Shown piece by piece: positions 30,317 to 40,645 of a stretch of 64,000 nt of DNA; the stretch's first letter is position 1; each line of letters opens with the position of its first letter. Both the position numbers and the translations under genes were made by a program. The notes below the pieces were generated by a model that was not told the DNA's origin, did no database searches, and saw nothing but the letters and a program-made list of their open reading frames with translations. Origin of the DNA: an uncultured Desulfosarcina sp. (GTDB lineage Bacteria > Desulfobacterota > Desulfobacteria > Desulfobacterales > Desulfosarcinaceae); contig CAXXWQ010000004.1 in assembly GCA_963674945.2 (NCBI GenBank), positions 2,976,001 through 3,040,000 of the forward strand, written 5' to 3'.

Positions 30317-31750
30317 ATGATGCGGATCCGATTGTCGATAAAACTCTTCCTGGCGTTTTTCTTGATTCTGGCCATGTCCGTGTGTGCCTTGTTTTTGGCC
30401 CGCTACCTCTCTGCCCGAAACGTCGCCCATTTCATGCACCAGTTGGATCTGCAGCGGCTGGAGCCATTGGTGCCGCTCCTTCAGGAGGAATACCGCAGTC
30501 TGGACAATTGGGACGGCTTTCGCAAGGATCCGCGCCGCTTGGATCATCTATTACGCCGTTCACCGGAAATGGAACGTTCTTTTCGACCACCGCTACCGCC
30601 CAATGGTGCCCCTCCCAGCCCCCACGGTGGTCCCGGCCCCGGCCCACATGGCGGCGGTCCGTCGCGGGTCTTTTTACTGGATGCCAACCGCCTGACAGTC
30701 GTCGGCAAACCGGAATCCGGCGACAAGGACCAGATGATATCCATCACCGTGGATGGCCGGACGGTTGGTTATTTGGGCATGACACACCTCGAACCTTTTG
30801 GATCAGGCCCACCGGCCGCATTGTTGCAACGCCAGACGATGCAATTTTACCTGCTGGGTGCCGGATTGATCGCCCTGACGGCCTTGATCGCCCTTCTGTT
30901 CTCCAGGCATCTTCTCGTGCCCATCAGGCGGCTTATGAGGGGGACCGAGGCGCTGGCCGACAGGAATTTTACCATTCGCATTCGGGCGACGACCGGCGAC
31001 GAACTGGGACAACTGGCAAAAAATTTCAATGTCATGGCCCAGACCCTGGAAAACTACGAACAGATGCGACGGCAGTGGCTGACCGACATTTCCCACGAAC
31101 TCAGGACCCCATTGGCTGTTTTGCGTGGCGAAATCGAAGGGATTTTGGACGGCATCCGCGAGCCCACACCCGACAACCTCTCTTCGCTGCACGGCGAAAT
31201 CCTGAGAATCGGTAAAATCGTGGAAGACCTTCACCTTCTTTCCATGGCTGATGCGGATCGCCTCCAATTGAACAAGCAGCGGGTGTTGCCGGCAACCATC
31301 TTGGACCCCATCGCTGCAATTTACCAACCACGGTTCGAGCGTTGCGGACTTCAATTGGAATTGAAACTAGATGATACGAAAACCGCCTGGATCGACGGCG
31401 ATGCCGACCGTCTGGCACAGGTCTTTAACAATATTTTGAACAACGCATACAAATACGTGGCGCCGCCGGGAGCGTTGGCGATTATCGGCCGTGTGGAGGA
31501 AAATCAGGTCCGCCTCTCTTTTCGAGACACCGGCCCCGGGGTTCCCGAAGAGGCCCTTGACCGTCTTTTCGACCGGCTCTTCCGGGTGGACGCCTCCCGA
31601 AGCCGGAACACCGGCGGCAGCGGTCTGGGGCTCTCCATCTGCCGGGACATCATCGAAAACCACGGCGGGCGGATATGGGCGGAAAACAGCGTTGGCGGGG
31701 GGTTGATTATCGAAATCGCACTTCCCCGATCTGACGGGACGAGCCAATAG
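30317..31750 (+). CDS. BaeS-like sensor histidine kinase (TM-periplasmic-TM-HAMP-HisKA-HATPase)
   Basis: RLSIKLFLAF; DELGQLAKNFN; WLTDISHELRTPLAVLRGEIE; GGSGLGLSI. Confidence 0.93.
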   Translation: MMRIRLSIKLFLAFFLILAMSVCALFLARYLSARNVAHFMHQLDLQRLEPLVPLLQEEYRSLDNWDGFRKDPRRLDHLLRRSPEMERSFRPPLPPNGAPPSPHGGPGPGPHGGGPSRVFLLDANRLTVVGKPESGDKDQMISITVDGRTVGYLGMTHLEPFGSGPPAALLQRQTMQFYLLGAGLIALTALIALLFSRHLLVPIRRLMRGTEALADRNFTIRIRATTGDELGQLAKNFNVMAQTLENYEQMRRQWLTDISHELRTPLAVLRGEIEGILDGIREPTPDNLSSLHGEILRIGKIVEDLHLLSMADADRLQLNKQRVLPATILDPIAAIYQPRFERCGLQLELKLDDTKTAWIDGDADRLAQVFNNILNNAYKYVAPPGALAIIGRVEENQVRLSFRDTGPGVPEEALDRLFDRLFRVDASRSRNTGGSGLGLSICRDIIENHGGRIWAENSVGGGLIIEIALPRSDGTSQ

Positions 31751-31942
31751 GCGTGGCGACCGTTTGAGGGAAATGGTGATGATCTATCCCTCCGCTGAAA
31801 GTCGCGATGGATTATTGTGCGCAGCGTTTCAATCTCTTCGGTCGGCGTGTGCACGAATTCCATTCTGCAGCGAAGAGGAAGAATGGCGCTTCCTTTTTGT
31901 AAGTTGGTCTGATCTGCGTTGTTTTGGGCTTTGATGGAATCG

Positions 31943-32935
31943 TTACCCTGATTCCGTATATCGCTTATAATTCAACCTTCCCATAATTTTTTCGAGTCTG
32001 TTTTCTATCTCTTCAGCATCTCTTTTGGACAGGTAATCATTCCATTTCTTTGTCTGCTTCATTACATCTTTATGGACATATGGATCCCATGCAGGACCCT
32101 TGATTGATTCATCGCCAAGTATACAATCCCTGTCATATGGCTCTCCTAGAAAGTTGCACAACTTTTTAAAACCTGATTCCGGATCGTTAACAAACGTTTC
32201 GTAATTTAATAAAAAAATATTGTCCGGATACTTTTTCAGGAACCAAAACATTGATTGATAGCACTCATTATATTGTTTGCAAAAAGAAGACAAATGAACA
32301 TCAAGCCATGATTCAGGATCAACCATTGCTCGTTTTTTAAAGGAACTGTAAACATCAACAGGATGGCGAATAGCAAAAATTATTTTAGTATCAGGGAAAG
32401 AGTAAAAAATTTCCGATAAATATTGGTAATGATGGGGTGTTTTTTCAACTATACGTTGGCCGTTTCGAACGCTTGAGACACAATCAAAATAGGAATTGAT
32501 AATAAAATAATTAAGGCTAAGAACATAGTGCCATATCCGTATTGAATGACTTATTATATTATTTCCGATCGCTTTTTGCAGCAGGTAAACATACCGATAT
32601 TTCAACAGCCTAACAGGAGAAATTTTCTGCAAAGAGATCAAGAAGTTCAATTTTTTCAGGAAGCGATCAAATTCCTTCGGACTATTGAAAAAATCAATTA
32701 CGTTCCTTTCCCATGAGCACGAGACTTGTTTGTATTGATACAGCATCTCAAAAATATGCGTTTCAGGAGTAAAAAACATGGTGTTTTCCGGATTTCCGTT
32801 TTTCTTTACAATAAAAGATGGATGAGACTCTACGATCCTTTTAACTAACGTGGTACCCGTACGTGGAAATCCAACAACAAAAACGTGTGGTGCCGTTTTC
32901 TCTAAATCCATTTTTCGTTTTTTCCTAGAAATCAT
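31943..32935 (-). CDS. PAPS-dependent sulfotransferase family protein
   Basis: VFVVGFPRTGTT (5'-PSB loop), VEKTPHH, IRHPVDVYSS (3'-PB), LNYETFV; visibly AT-rich. Confidence 0.9.
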   Translation of the reverse strand: MISRKKRKMDLEKTAPHVFVVGFPRTGTTLVKRIVESHPSFIVKKNGNPENTMFFTPETHIFEMLYQYKQVSCSWERNVIDFFNSPKEFDRFLKKLNFLISLQKISPVRLLKYRYVYLLQKAIGNNIISHSIRIWHYVLSLNYFIINSYFDCVSSVRNGQRIVEKTPHHYQYLSEIFYSFPDTKIIFAIRHPVDVYSSFKKRAMVDPESWLDVHLSSFCKQYNECYQSMFWFLKKYPDNIFLLNYETFVNDPESGFKKLCNFLGEPYDRDCILGDESIKGPAWDPYVHKDVMKQTKKWNDYLSKRDAEEIENRLEKIMGRLNYKRYTESG

Positions 32936-33293
32936 GTAGGGACTCGGGTTGTTTTCTTTTCAATCCGTAGCCATAGCGGGACAGGTGTTTCCAGCAGTGC
33001 AAGCGAAGGCTGTATGAATGGAGGATTCGGAAAGAACCAACATAAAACCCAAAACACCACTCTATCCTCGGCAACCCTCATAATACAATCATTTTTTTCT
33101 GTTGAAGACTGTTTTTCTTGGCTATGGTTTCAATGCACGCGTTCCTTGGAAATCGAATCTGTTTTACACAGGTGTCTGGTACCGCTTGGTGTCTCCGGTG
33201 AACGTAACACCGAAATGTGATGAAAATTTGTATGAAATATGGGATTATTGGGAAAAACGCTTCGTAATAGAAAACAGCAGGGGAAAAGATGCC

Positions 33294-33974
33294 ATGTCCC
33301 AAGAACACATCCTGGTGATCGAAGACGAAGTGAAGATCGCCTCACTGTTACGTGACTACCTGGATCAAGCCGGGTTCAAGGTTACCTGCCTCGAACGGGG
33401 AGATGGGGCCGTGGATATGATCCGACGATTGTCGCCTGCACTGGTGTTGCTGGACCTGATGCTTCCCGGAACCGACGGCATCGCCATCTGCCGGGAGGTC
33501 CGGCAATTCTCCGATCTGCCCATCATCATGATCACCGCAAAGGTGGAAGAGGTCGATCGGCTGGTGGGGTTGGAACTCGGGGCGGACGATTACATCTGCA
33601 AGCCCTTCAGTCCGCGGGAGGTAGTGGCCCGGGTAAAGGTCGTACTGCGTCGCACCCGTCCGGGCAGCCCTTTTCAGCGACTCGTTGCCGGGCCCATCAT
33701 TCTCGACGAACCCCATCGCCGGGTGACCGTCGACGGAACGGAATTATCCCTCACCCCCAGCGAATTCAGCCTGCTTCAGGTATTGATCACCGCACCCGGA
33801 AGGGTTTTTTCACGCGGAGAACTGCTGGACAGGGTTCAAGGATACCGTTTCGAGGGATACGACAGAACCATCGACAGCCATATCAAGAATCTGCGAAAAA
33901 AAATTGCCCGGGTTCTGCCCGATCGGGAGGTGATCGTGACGATCTATGGTGCGGGGTACAAACTGGCTCTGTGA
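33294..33974 (+). CDS. BaeR-like OmpR-family response regulator
   Basis: Start MSQEHILVIEDE; LLDLMLP; GADDYICKPFSPREVVARV; DRTIDSHIKNLRKK. Confidence 0.95.
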   Translation: MSQEHILVIEDEVKIASLLRDYLDQAGFKVTCLERGDGAVDMIRRLSPALVLLDLMLPGTDGIAICREVRQFSDLPIIMITAKVEEVDRLVGLELGADDYICKPFSPREVVARVKVVLRRTRPGSPFQRLVAGPIILDEPHRRVTVDGTELSLTPSEFSLLQVLITAPGRVFSRGELLDRVQGYRFEGYDRTIDSHIKNLRKKIARVLPDREVIVTIYGAGYKLAL

Positions 33975-34117
33975 GTCATGTCCGACAAGATAATACAAGA
34001 ATGCGTTTCTTTCGTAATACTGTTTGGCCATCTTTGGCCTGGAAACGCTTTTTACGAGATCATCAATGGTGACGAAAAAAAGTTGACCGAAAAAAATGCA
34101 TCCGATAAGTCAGAATC

Positions 34118-34999
34118 ATGATCCTCTCATATCACCCCTGCTTCGAAGCCGATGAAAACCGCCTTTGTGCGGGAAGACAGCCGGATAAAGACGATCTTGC
34201 CCTCATTTCAAAGGCGTGTGCCGTGATTTTGCCCCAGGGATGCCCGGAGGCGCTGTACGAAATGGCCAGCCGGCATTGTGATCACGTGTTTCCCCATTAC
34301 GAGGCGCGGTTCCGATACCCGGGAAAGACCGGTCAAGCCAGAATGATGAAAGACTTGTCGGTTCCCTGTCCCCGGTCCTGGGTGTTTCCCGACACGAAAC
34401 AGGCTGAAAAAATCGCCCGGACCGTCAACGCCATCGGTTTTCCTCTCGTATTCAAACTGAACTGGGGGGGGGAAGGAGACACGGTTTTTCTTCTTTCCGG
34501 CCCTGCGGATCTTGACGCCGCTCTTTCCCGGGCAGCGTCCTACGAGCGCAGCGGACAAAAGGGTTTCGTCCTTCAACAGTATCTTCCCCACGGCGGACGG
34601 ACCCTTCGGGTTGTGGTGATTGGAGAACATTACCAGGCCTATTGGCGAATCCAGGATGATCCATTTGTTTTCGGCACCAGTATGAACCGAGGCGCCCGGA
34701 TCGATCATTCGGAAGATCCCCCTCTTCGGGAATCGGGAACGGCCCTGGTGCAAGATGTTTGTCAAAAAACCCGTATCAACCTGGCCGGATTCGACGTTAT
34801 TTTTAATCATTCGGAAAAAGGACACCTGGAACCGACGCCGATGGTGCTGGAAATCAACTACTTTTTCGGTAGAAGGGGGCTTGGCGGATCGGAACCATTT
34901 TATGGCCTGCTGCAACGCCAGATCGAAAAATGGCTGGACGGTTTGTCGCTGCACATGAAACCGTGCCTGGCGAAAATGGACGCAAAGGAGATACCGTGA
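34118..34999 (+). CDS. RimK-like ATP-grasp protein
   Basis: FPLVFKLNWGGEG, FVLQQYL, LRVVVIG, LAGFDV, VLEINY. Confidence 0.8.
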   Translation: MILSYHPCFEADENRLCAGRQPDKDDLALISKACAVILPQGCPEALYEMASRHCDHVFPHYEARFRYPGKTGQARMMKDLSVPCPRSWVFPDTKQAEKIARTVNAIGFPLVFKLNWGGEGDTVFLLSGPADLDAALSRAASYERSGQKGFVLQQYLPHGGRTLRVVVIGEHYQAYWRIQDDPFVFGTSMNRGARIDHSEDPPLRESGTALVQDVCQKTRINLAGFDVIFNHSEKGHLEPTPMVLEINYFFGRRGLGGSEPFYGLLQRQIEKWLDGLSLHMKPCLAKMDAKEIP

Positions 35000-35292
35000 A
35001 ACCATTTGCCTTCGACCTGGATGAAAAAGACATGAAACGGGAGCGCCATAAGGCCAGGGAGCTTCGGCAATCCCAATGGTGGAAACGCCGATTGGCAAAG
35101 TGCCGCTGTCATTATTGTGGAAGTGAGATCCCGGCTGCGCTTTTGACCATGGACCACATCGTCCCCGTGGCCCGGGGAGGAAAAACGACCAAAGGAAACG
35201 TGGTTCCCGCATGCAAATCGTGTAACAACAAAAAAAAGCAGATGCTTCCCTTGGAATGGGACGAATATCTGAGGAACCTTCGATCTCGATGA
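34996..35292 (+). CDS. Small HNH endonuclease
   Basis: GTG start overlapping the upstream TGA, RBS AAGGAG; CHYCG...TMDHIVPVARGG...NVVPACKSCN. Confidence 0.92.
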   Translation: MKPFAFDLDEKDMKRERHKARELRQSQWWKRRLAKCRCHYCGSEIPAALLTMDHIVPVARGGKTTKGNVVPACKSCNNKKKQMLPLEWDEYLRNLRSR

Positions 35293-35302
35293 ACCGCACG
35301 AT

Positions 35303-35461
35303 CTTGACGGATTCGTAAAAAGTCCGATATCGGCGTTACGCTTCATCCTTCGTCACTGCGGAGTACGATAAGTACGCCTCATTCCTCAGGATTCGCAAGC
35401 CTTGATCTCGGGCTTTTTACGAATCCGTCCGAGAGGCGACTTTTTACGAGATCACCAATTT
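35303..35461. repeat. Hairpin repeat family, full copy inverted relative to 11489
   Basis: Reverse complement aligns along its whole length to 11489-11651 with few differences; arms GACGGATTCGTAAAAAG / CTTTTTACGAATCCGTC. Confidence 0.92.
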
Positions 35462-35582
35462 TCGTCGGTTTCATGGACCATTGCCGGTATCAATTCGGCC
35501 CATAGCTGTTGACAACATCTCAAAACTGTCTTTTAATCGCGCGACCGCAGATTTTTCGTACCTTCAACCCTTCGGAGGTCTG

Positions 35583-37076
35583 ATGATTACGGAAAAAGAG
35601 CACAACTTGATTCTGCGTGCCTTTGATGCTTTCACGCGTAGAATTGTCGTCATATCCAAAGATTTTCGCATCTTGGCATCCGTCGGTTTTAAAGAAAAGG
35701 AAGAAATGACCCCGACGGGGGAATTCTGCCACCTTCTGATTTACAAAAGAAACGAACCTTGCGAAAAATGTCCGGCCAGGATCGTCTTGAAAACAGGCAC
35801 CGCCTCCCTGCGCGACCTGTCCGCCGGTGCCTTTAGCAAGCGAGGCCGGGCCTGTTTATATGCGTACCCCATCGAAAATGAAGATGGAGAAGAATGCATC
35901 GCGGTTTTTGCCTTCGAATTTCCCGCCTTGGATGGCATCGAGGAAGAGCTGCAAACAGCCAACCGTTTCCTGTACAATTTGCTGCAAAGCGCATGTGATG
36001 GTGTCATCGCCGCCGACATGTCGGGAAAGATCGTCATTTTCAACGATGCCGCCGCAGAAGTTACCGGTTATAGCGTCGAAGAGGCATTGGATCACCTGAA
36101 CATCCGAGAGATCTACGAGGAAGGGGTGGCCCATGAGGTGATGCAGAACCTGAGAAGCGAAGACTATGGTGGAAAGGGAAAACTAAAAAAATACCGCATA
36201 CAGGCCTGTGGCAAAAACGGGGCTAAGATTCCTATCAGTTTGTATGCATCCATCATTTATGACGAATACGGAGAAGAAGCCGGCTCCATCGGCTTTTTCC
36301 ACGATCTGCGGGAACGCATTCACATCCAAAACAAACTGGAAAAGACACAACTGCAACTGATCCAATCGGAAAAAATGGCGAGTTTGGGAAAATTGGCCGC
36401 CGGCGTTGCCCATCAGCTCAACAATCCACTGGGCGGTATCACCTTGTATACCAAGCTAATGCTGGAAGATTACGAACTGGAGGAAAATGCAAAAAAGGAT
36501 CTATACCGGATACTGAAGGATGCCCAGCGGTGCCGGGACACGGTAAAAGAACTGCTCGAATTTTCCCGGCAGACGCGTCAGATGATGAAACCCCTGAATA
36601 TCAACAAAGCCATTGAACGGACCCTGTTTCTCATCGAAAACCAGACGCTGTTTCACAACATCATCCTCAAGAAAAACATGGCGCCATTCATCCCCCTGGT
36701 CATTGCGGACAGTCAACAGATGGGCCACGTCTTCATGAACATCATCATCAATTCGGCCCAGGCAATGGACGGCCATGGCACCATCAACATCACCACGCGG
36801 GAATCGGCGAACAGGGACCGGGTGATCATCAGCATCGCCGACACCGGTCCGGGAATTGCCGCCGAAGACCTGGACCATATCTTCGAACCGTTTTTTACCA
36901 CCAAAGAAGAGGGAAAAGGTACCGGATTGGGATTGAGCATCGTGTATGGCATCATCGAAAACCACGACGGTAAAATTTATGCCAGAAGCGTTCAGGGTCA
37001 AGGAACCACCTTTACCATCGAACTTCCCGTCATCCATGACAGAGAAAAAGGAGCCGAACATGCAGAGCAAACCTGA
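35583..37076 (+). CDS. Cytoplasmic PAS-PAS histidine kinase (NtrB-like)
   Basis: CH..I..RNEPCEKCP motif, PAS, EKMASLGKLAAGVAHQLNNPL, FEPFFTTK, GTGLGL. Confidence 0.93.
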   Translation: MITEKEHNLILRAFDAFTRRIVVISKDFRILASVGFKEKEEMTPTGEFCHLLIYKRNEPCEKCPARIVLKTGTASLRDLSAGAFSKRGRACLYAYPIENEDGEECIAVFAFEFPALDGIEEELQTANRFLYNLLQSACDGVIAADMSGKIVIFNDAAAEVTGYSVEEALDHLNIREIYEEGVAHEVMQNLRSEDYGGKGKLKKYRIQACGKNGAKIPISLYASIIYDEYGEEAGSIGFFHDLRERIHIQNKLEKTQLQLIQSEKMASLGKLAAGVAHQLNNPLGGITLYTKLMLEDYELEENAKKDLYRILKDAQRCRDTVKELLEFSRQTRQMMKPLNINKAIERTLFLIENQTLFHNIILKKNMAPFIPLVIADSQQMGHVFMNIIINSAQAMDGHGTINITTRESANRDRVIISIADTGPGIAAEDLDHIFEPFFTTKEEGKGTGLGLSIVYGIIENHDGKIYARSVQGQGTTFTIELPVIHDREKGAEHAEQT

Positions 37077-38544
37077 TCCTTTGACCGTTCTGGTGGTCGA
37101 TGATGAAAAAGGAATTCGGGACGGATCGAAGCGGATCATCAGCCGTATGGATTGCGACGTATTGACGGCGAAAAACGGAGATGAAGGGCTTTCCCTCCTC
37201 GAAGGGAACGATGTGGCCATCGTTCTGTTGGATCTGAAGATGCCCGGTATTGACGGCATGGAGGTGTTGAAACGGATTCAGGCGATGAACCGCAATATCC
37301 TGGTCATCGTGATCACCGGTTTCGCCACCGTCGAAACAGCCATCGAGGCCATGAAACAAGGTGCCTATGACTTCGTATCCAAACCCTTTGAGCCGGATCA
37401 ACTTCGGATCGTGGTGAATCGCGCCCGGGAAAAGTGCTGGCTGGAAAAAGAACGGGAAAAACTGGAAATCGAGAGACGGCAGACCCTCGCGGATCTGGGA
37501 GCGGAAAAGAGCCGGATTCGAACCATCATCGATTCGCTTCCCAATGGCATCGTCGTGACCAACTCCGACGGCAGGGTGGTACTGATGAATCCTTCCTGCC
37601 GCCGGCTTTTGAATCTCCACAAGGACGAAGTCGTCGGCGAAACAATCGACCACTACATTTCCGACATTGGGCTTTGTCAGCTAATCCTTGAAATCTCCAC
37701 GGGGTGTCATGTGGATTACGAGGACATTCCCACCTACGAATTTTCCATCGGCGGCGACCGTTTTCTCATGGTCCGGGGCCGGCCGGTCCTGGGTCAGCGC
37801 AATCAGTGCCTGGGAGCTGTGGTCACTGTCGTGGACATCACCAACATGAAGGTGTTGGACCGTCTCAAGTCTGAATTCGTTGCAAAGGTATCCCATGAAC
37901 TCAGGAGTCCTTTGTCCACTATCCATGAGCAACTCGCCCTGGTGCTCAACGACCTCATGGGGCAACTCGGCGAATCAGAAGAGCACCTGCTCTCCCGTGC
38001 CAAGGAAAAGACCCAGGGTCTCATTTCCACCATTGGTGACCTCCTGGATCTTTCCCGAATCGAGTCCGGTGCGACCTGCCAGGAGCCCAAGCCGGTGCAG
38101 CTGGAGGATCTGTTGGGAAATATCGTCGATTTTTTACGTACTCGTGCCCGTTCCAAGGACCAGTCGCTGAGCTTGGACCACCCCTCCGATCCGCTGCCAA
38201 CCATCAAAGCCGACCCGCTGGCCCTGGAGAGTATCTTCGGAAACCTCATCACCAACGCCATCAACTACACCCAAGCGGGAGGGGAGATTCGTGTGTTGGT
38301 GGATAGCGCCGGCATCAATCTGCGCGTCCAGGTGATCGACAACGGATTCGGCATCGAAGCGCGATACCTGGACAAAATTTTCGAAAGGTTTTTCCGTGTA
38401 AAAAATGACAAGACCCGCTTCATCACCGGAACCGGCTTGGGGCTGCCCATCGTCAAGGGGTTGGTGGAGGCGCTGAACGGCCAGATCCAGGTGGAGAGCA
38501 TCCCGGACAAGGGAACGACCTTTACGGTGTTGTTGCCGGCTTAA
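37060..38544 (+). CDS. Hybrid REC-PAS-histidine kinase
   Basis: Start MQSKP after AAGGAG; VLVVDDE...LLDLKMP; VSHELRSPL; GTGLGLP. Confidence 0.93.
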   Translation: MQSKPDPLTVLVVDDEKGIRDGSKRIISRMDCDVLTAKNGDEGLSLLEGNDVAIVLLDLKMPGIDGMEVLKRIQAMNRNILVIVITGFATVETAIEAMKQGAYDFVSKPFEPDQLRIVVNRAREKCWLEKEREKLEIERRQTLADLGAEKSRIRTIIDSLPNGIVVTNSDGRVVLMNPSCRRLLNLHKDEVVGETIDHYISDIGLCQLILEISTGCHVDYEDIPTYEFSIGGDRFLMVRGRPVLGQRNQCLGAVVTVVDITNMKVLDRLKSEFVAKVSHELRSPLSTIHEQLALVLNDLMGQLGESEEHLLSRAKEKTQGLISTIGDLLDLSRIESGATCQEPKPVQLEDLLGNIVDFLRTRARSKDQSLSLDHPSDPLPTIKADPLALESIFGNLITNAINYTQAGGEIRVLVDSAGINLRVQVIDNGFGIEARYLDKIFERFFRVKNDKTRFITGTGLGLPIVKGLVEALNGQIQVESIPDKGTTFTVLLPA

Positions 38545-38569
38545 GTTTAATCCATCCTTCCTGACCCGT

Positions 38570-39364
38570 TTACCGAGGATGGCTGATATCCTCACGCCTT
38601 TCGTTTTTTATTGTGTATGCAAACTCACGCCATGTCATAAATCCCCTTTTCTCATAATAAAGAGGCCCCGCATGGGGGCGATGATACGTCTTTATGGGGT
38701 TTACCGGCGTAAGATACTGACGACCATCAGTGAGATAGTGCCATGCAACAAGCGGGAAAAGGCCGATCCAACTCCTGATTTGGGTTTTGTAGGAGGTACA
38801 GTATAAAAGATATTTCAGCCTGTTTTTTGGTGGAATTGGTTTCGATACGGTTCGGCCATTGTTTTTCAATGGTTGTAGAACTCTGAAAAATGGATGGGTC
38901 AAATTTGCGGCGTTATAAAGAGGATACTGCCAGCATGGTGTTTTAATGTTTTGCTTTTCAATTATAATTGAAGCAATGAGAAACAGTGCATCATGATCCG
39001 GATGCCCCCCTTCCCAAGCCGGACAGTACAGGCTGGAAAGCCTTTGATTCTCGATCAGTTCAGCAATTGCCGAAACGGCGGCCGGCAAAAAGAAACATAG
39101 TTTTGTGTCTTTAATACAAAGTCGGGTGCCGATAAAATGAATATTCTCTTCTTGCACTCCCAGCCGGGTTAACACTTTGCGGGATTCCTCATTCCGATCT
39201 TCCGGAGAAGCTTCCCCATAGCTGCCGTCAGTAAGATAGAGGCATATCGGGCGAACGTTTTTTTGTATCGATTTTTCGATTTCGTAAAAAACACCATACT
39301 CATCGTCCTGGTGAGGAAACAGAAAAAGGGCAGCGGGCTTAGTAATTTTCATCTTAATAGGCAT
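38570..39364 (-). CDS. PIG-L/LmbE family deacetylase
   Basis: FPHQDDE and GGHPDHD metal-binding motifs; start may be 39352. Confidence 0.9.
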   Translation of the reverse strand: MPIKMKITKPAALFLFPHQDDEYGVFYEIEKSIQKNVRPICLYLTDGSYGEASPEDRNEESRKVLTRLGVQEENIHFIGTRLCIKDTKLCFFLPAAVSAIAELIENQRLSSLYCPAWEGGHPDHDALFLIASIIIEKQNIKTPCWQYPLYNAANLTHPFFRVLQPLKNNGRTVSKPIPPKNRLKYLLYCTSYKTQIRSWIGLFPLVAWHYLTDGRQYLTPVNPIKTYHRPHAGPLYYEKRGFMTWREFAYTIKNERREDISHPR

Positions 39365-40211
39365 CAAAATCCAAAAAGGAGAATAGTACTTTGCCTTTTT
39401 CGATCATTTTGGTTTTATCGTCCAGTGGCCTGAATATAAAATTAAGGGGAGAGGGTTTAAAACGTTCGGGTATGGGAAAATAGCGTTTGAATGGAACTCG
39501 GCCTTTGGGAACCAATCCGATAAATAATTTTGCCGGAGAAAAACGAAGCAGATGATTTTTTCTTTCGCTGGCAGGTGTGATGTCTGTGCGTATCTCCGTA
39601 GTAATCGGAATCAGGCCGTTAATTGATTTTGCATAACACCTTACATGATCATCTTTTTTTTCCCAAAAAACGGGATTGTCAGGATTGGAAAGACGCCATT
39701 GTAAGGATTCCGGGGTCCAGTTCCGCTTAAATTGTATGTTTTTTTGATGAGCAATCGGGATATGCTGAAGTTTGCCAACCCCGATTCCTGCCTCCAGCGG
39801 TTGGATCAGTTGATACCCTTGTCCTCGAATACATCCGGGAGTACTGTTTGCATTGGCAACCGCATAGACGCAGGAATAACCGTTTTCCGCCGCCAATTGA
39901 AACGTCATTTTTGCTAATTTGACATAAAGACCCCTTCTTTGAAAGTCCGGATGCGTTACGGAATTCAAAGGCCATATGGCCCTGACCGTTTCCCCATGCA
40001 CGGTCAGGGGAACGGGAAGGGCCGCATAATGTGCGGCTATGGTTTTTCCCTCGAAAGCATCAAAACCGATGGCTTCTCCATCGGGGCATTTTTGATAGAG
40101 CCATCGCAGATAGGCCATGGTAAATTTATGCGAATTCGGAAAGCATCGAGTCATCAGTGAAACATAAATATCGAGCGTTTTATCGTCGAGATTGATCTTT
40201 CGAAATTCCAT
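39354..40211 (-). CDS. GNAT family N-acetyltransferase
   Basis: THPDFQRRGLY acyl-CoA motif, VANANS. Confidence 0.85.
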   Translation of the reverse strand: MEFRKINLDDKTLDIYVSLMTRCFPNSHKFTMAYLRWLYQKCPDGEAIGFDAFEGKTIAAHYAALPVPLTVHGETVRAIWPLNSVTHPDFQRRGLYVKLAKMTFQLAAENGYSCVYAVANANSTPGCIRGQGYQLIQPLEAGIGVGKLQHIPIAHQKNIQFKRNWTPESLQWRLSNPDNPVFWEKKDDHVRCYAKSINGLIPITTEIRTDITPASERKNHLLRFSPAKLFIGLVPKGRVPFKRYFPIPERFKPSPLNFIFRPLDDKTKMIEKGKVLFSFLDFDAY

Positions 40212-40251
40212 AGGTGCGATGACCTTATTTGCTGAATTTGCAAAATACGAT

Positions 40252-40611
40252 TTATTGGTTTGATGTGGCGACCCAGATTCCGCAGCAGATCAGGACGGCA
40301 CCGATGATCGTTTGCCAGTGGATCGGTTCACCAAGAAACAATCGTGAAAAAACAGGAACAAAGATAAAGGCCATACCCATAAACGGATATGCAATTTTCA
40401 GGGGCGTCATTTTCAGAACGACGAGCCACATGACGGTGGCGGCAGCATATATCGTCAGCGCAAAAAACAACTTGAGGTTCAAAAAGTCTGCAAGCAAATG
40501 GCCAAATGAAAAGGTCATATCGCCGGCTGCGAGCTTAAAGAGAATCTGGCCTGCAGAGATAAGGACAACCGTTATAAGAATGATGAGTATTTGATATAAT
40601 GACATTTTCAT
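40252..40611 (-). CDS. Small EamA/SMR-type 4-TM transporter (ArnE/ArnF-like flippase candidate)
   Basis: AGQILFK, W..VLK..PL.IAYP, LFLGEPI motifs. Confidence 0.82.
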   Translation of the reverse strand: MKMSLYQILIILITVVLISAGQILFKLAAGDMTFSFGHLLADFLNLKLFFALTIYAAATVMWLVVLKMTPLKIAYPFMGMAFIFVPVFSRLFLGEPIHWQTIIGAVLICCGIWVATSNQ

Positions 40612-40645
40612 TTTTTCCGTTTGCAGTAATCGAGGGTGTGTCAAA

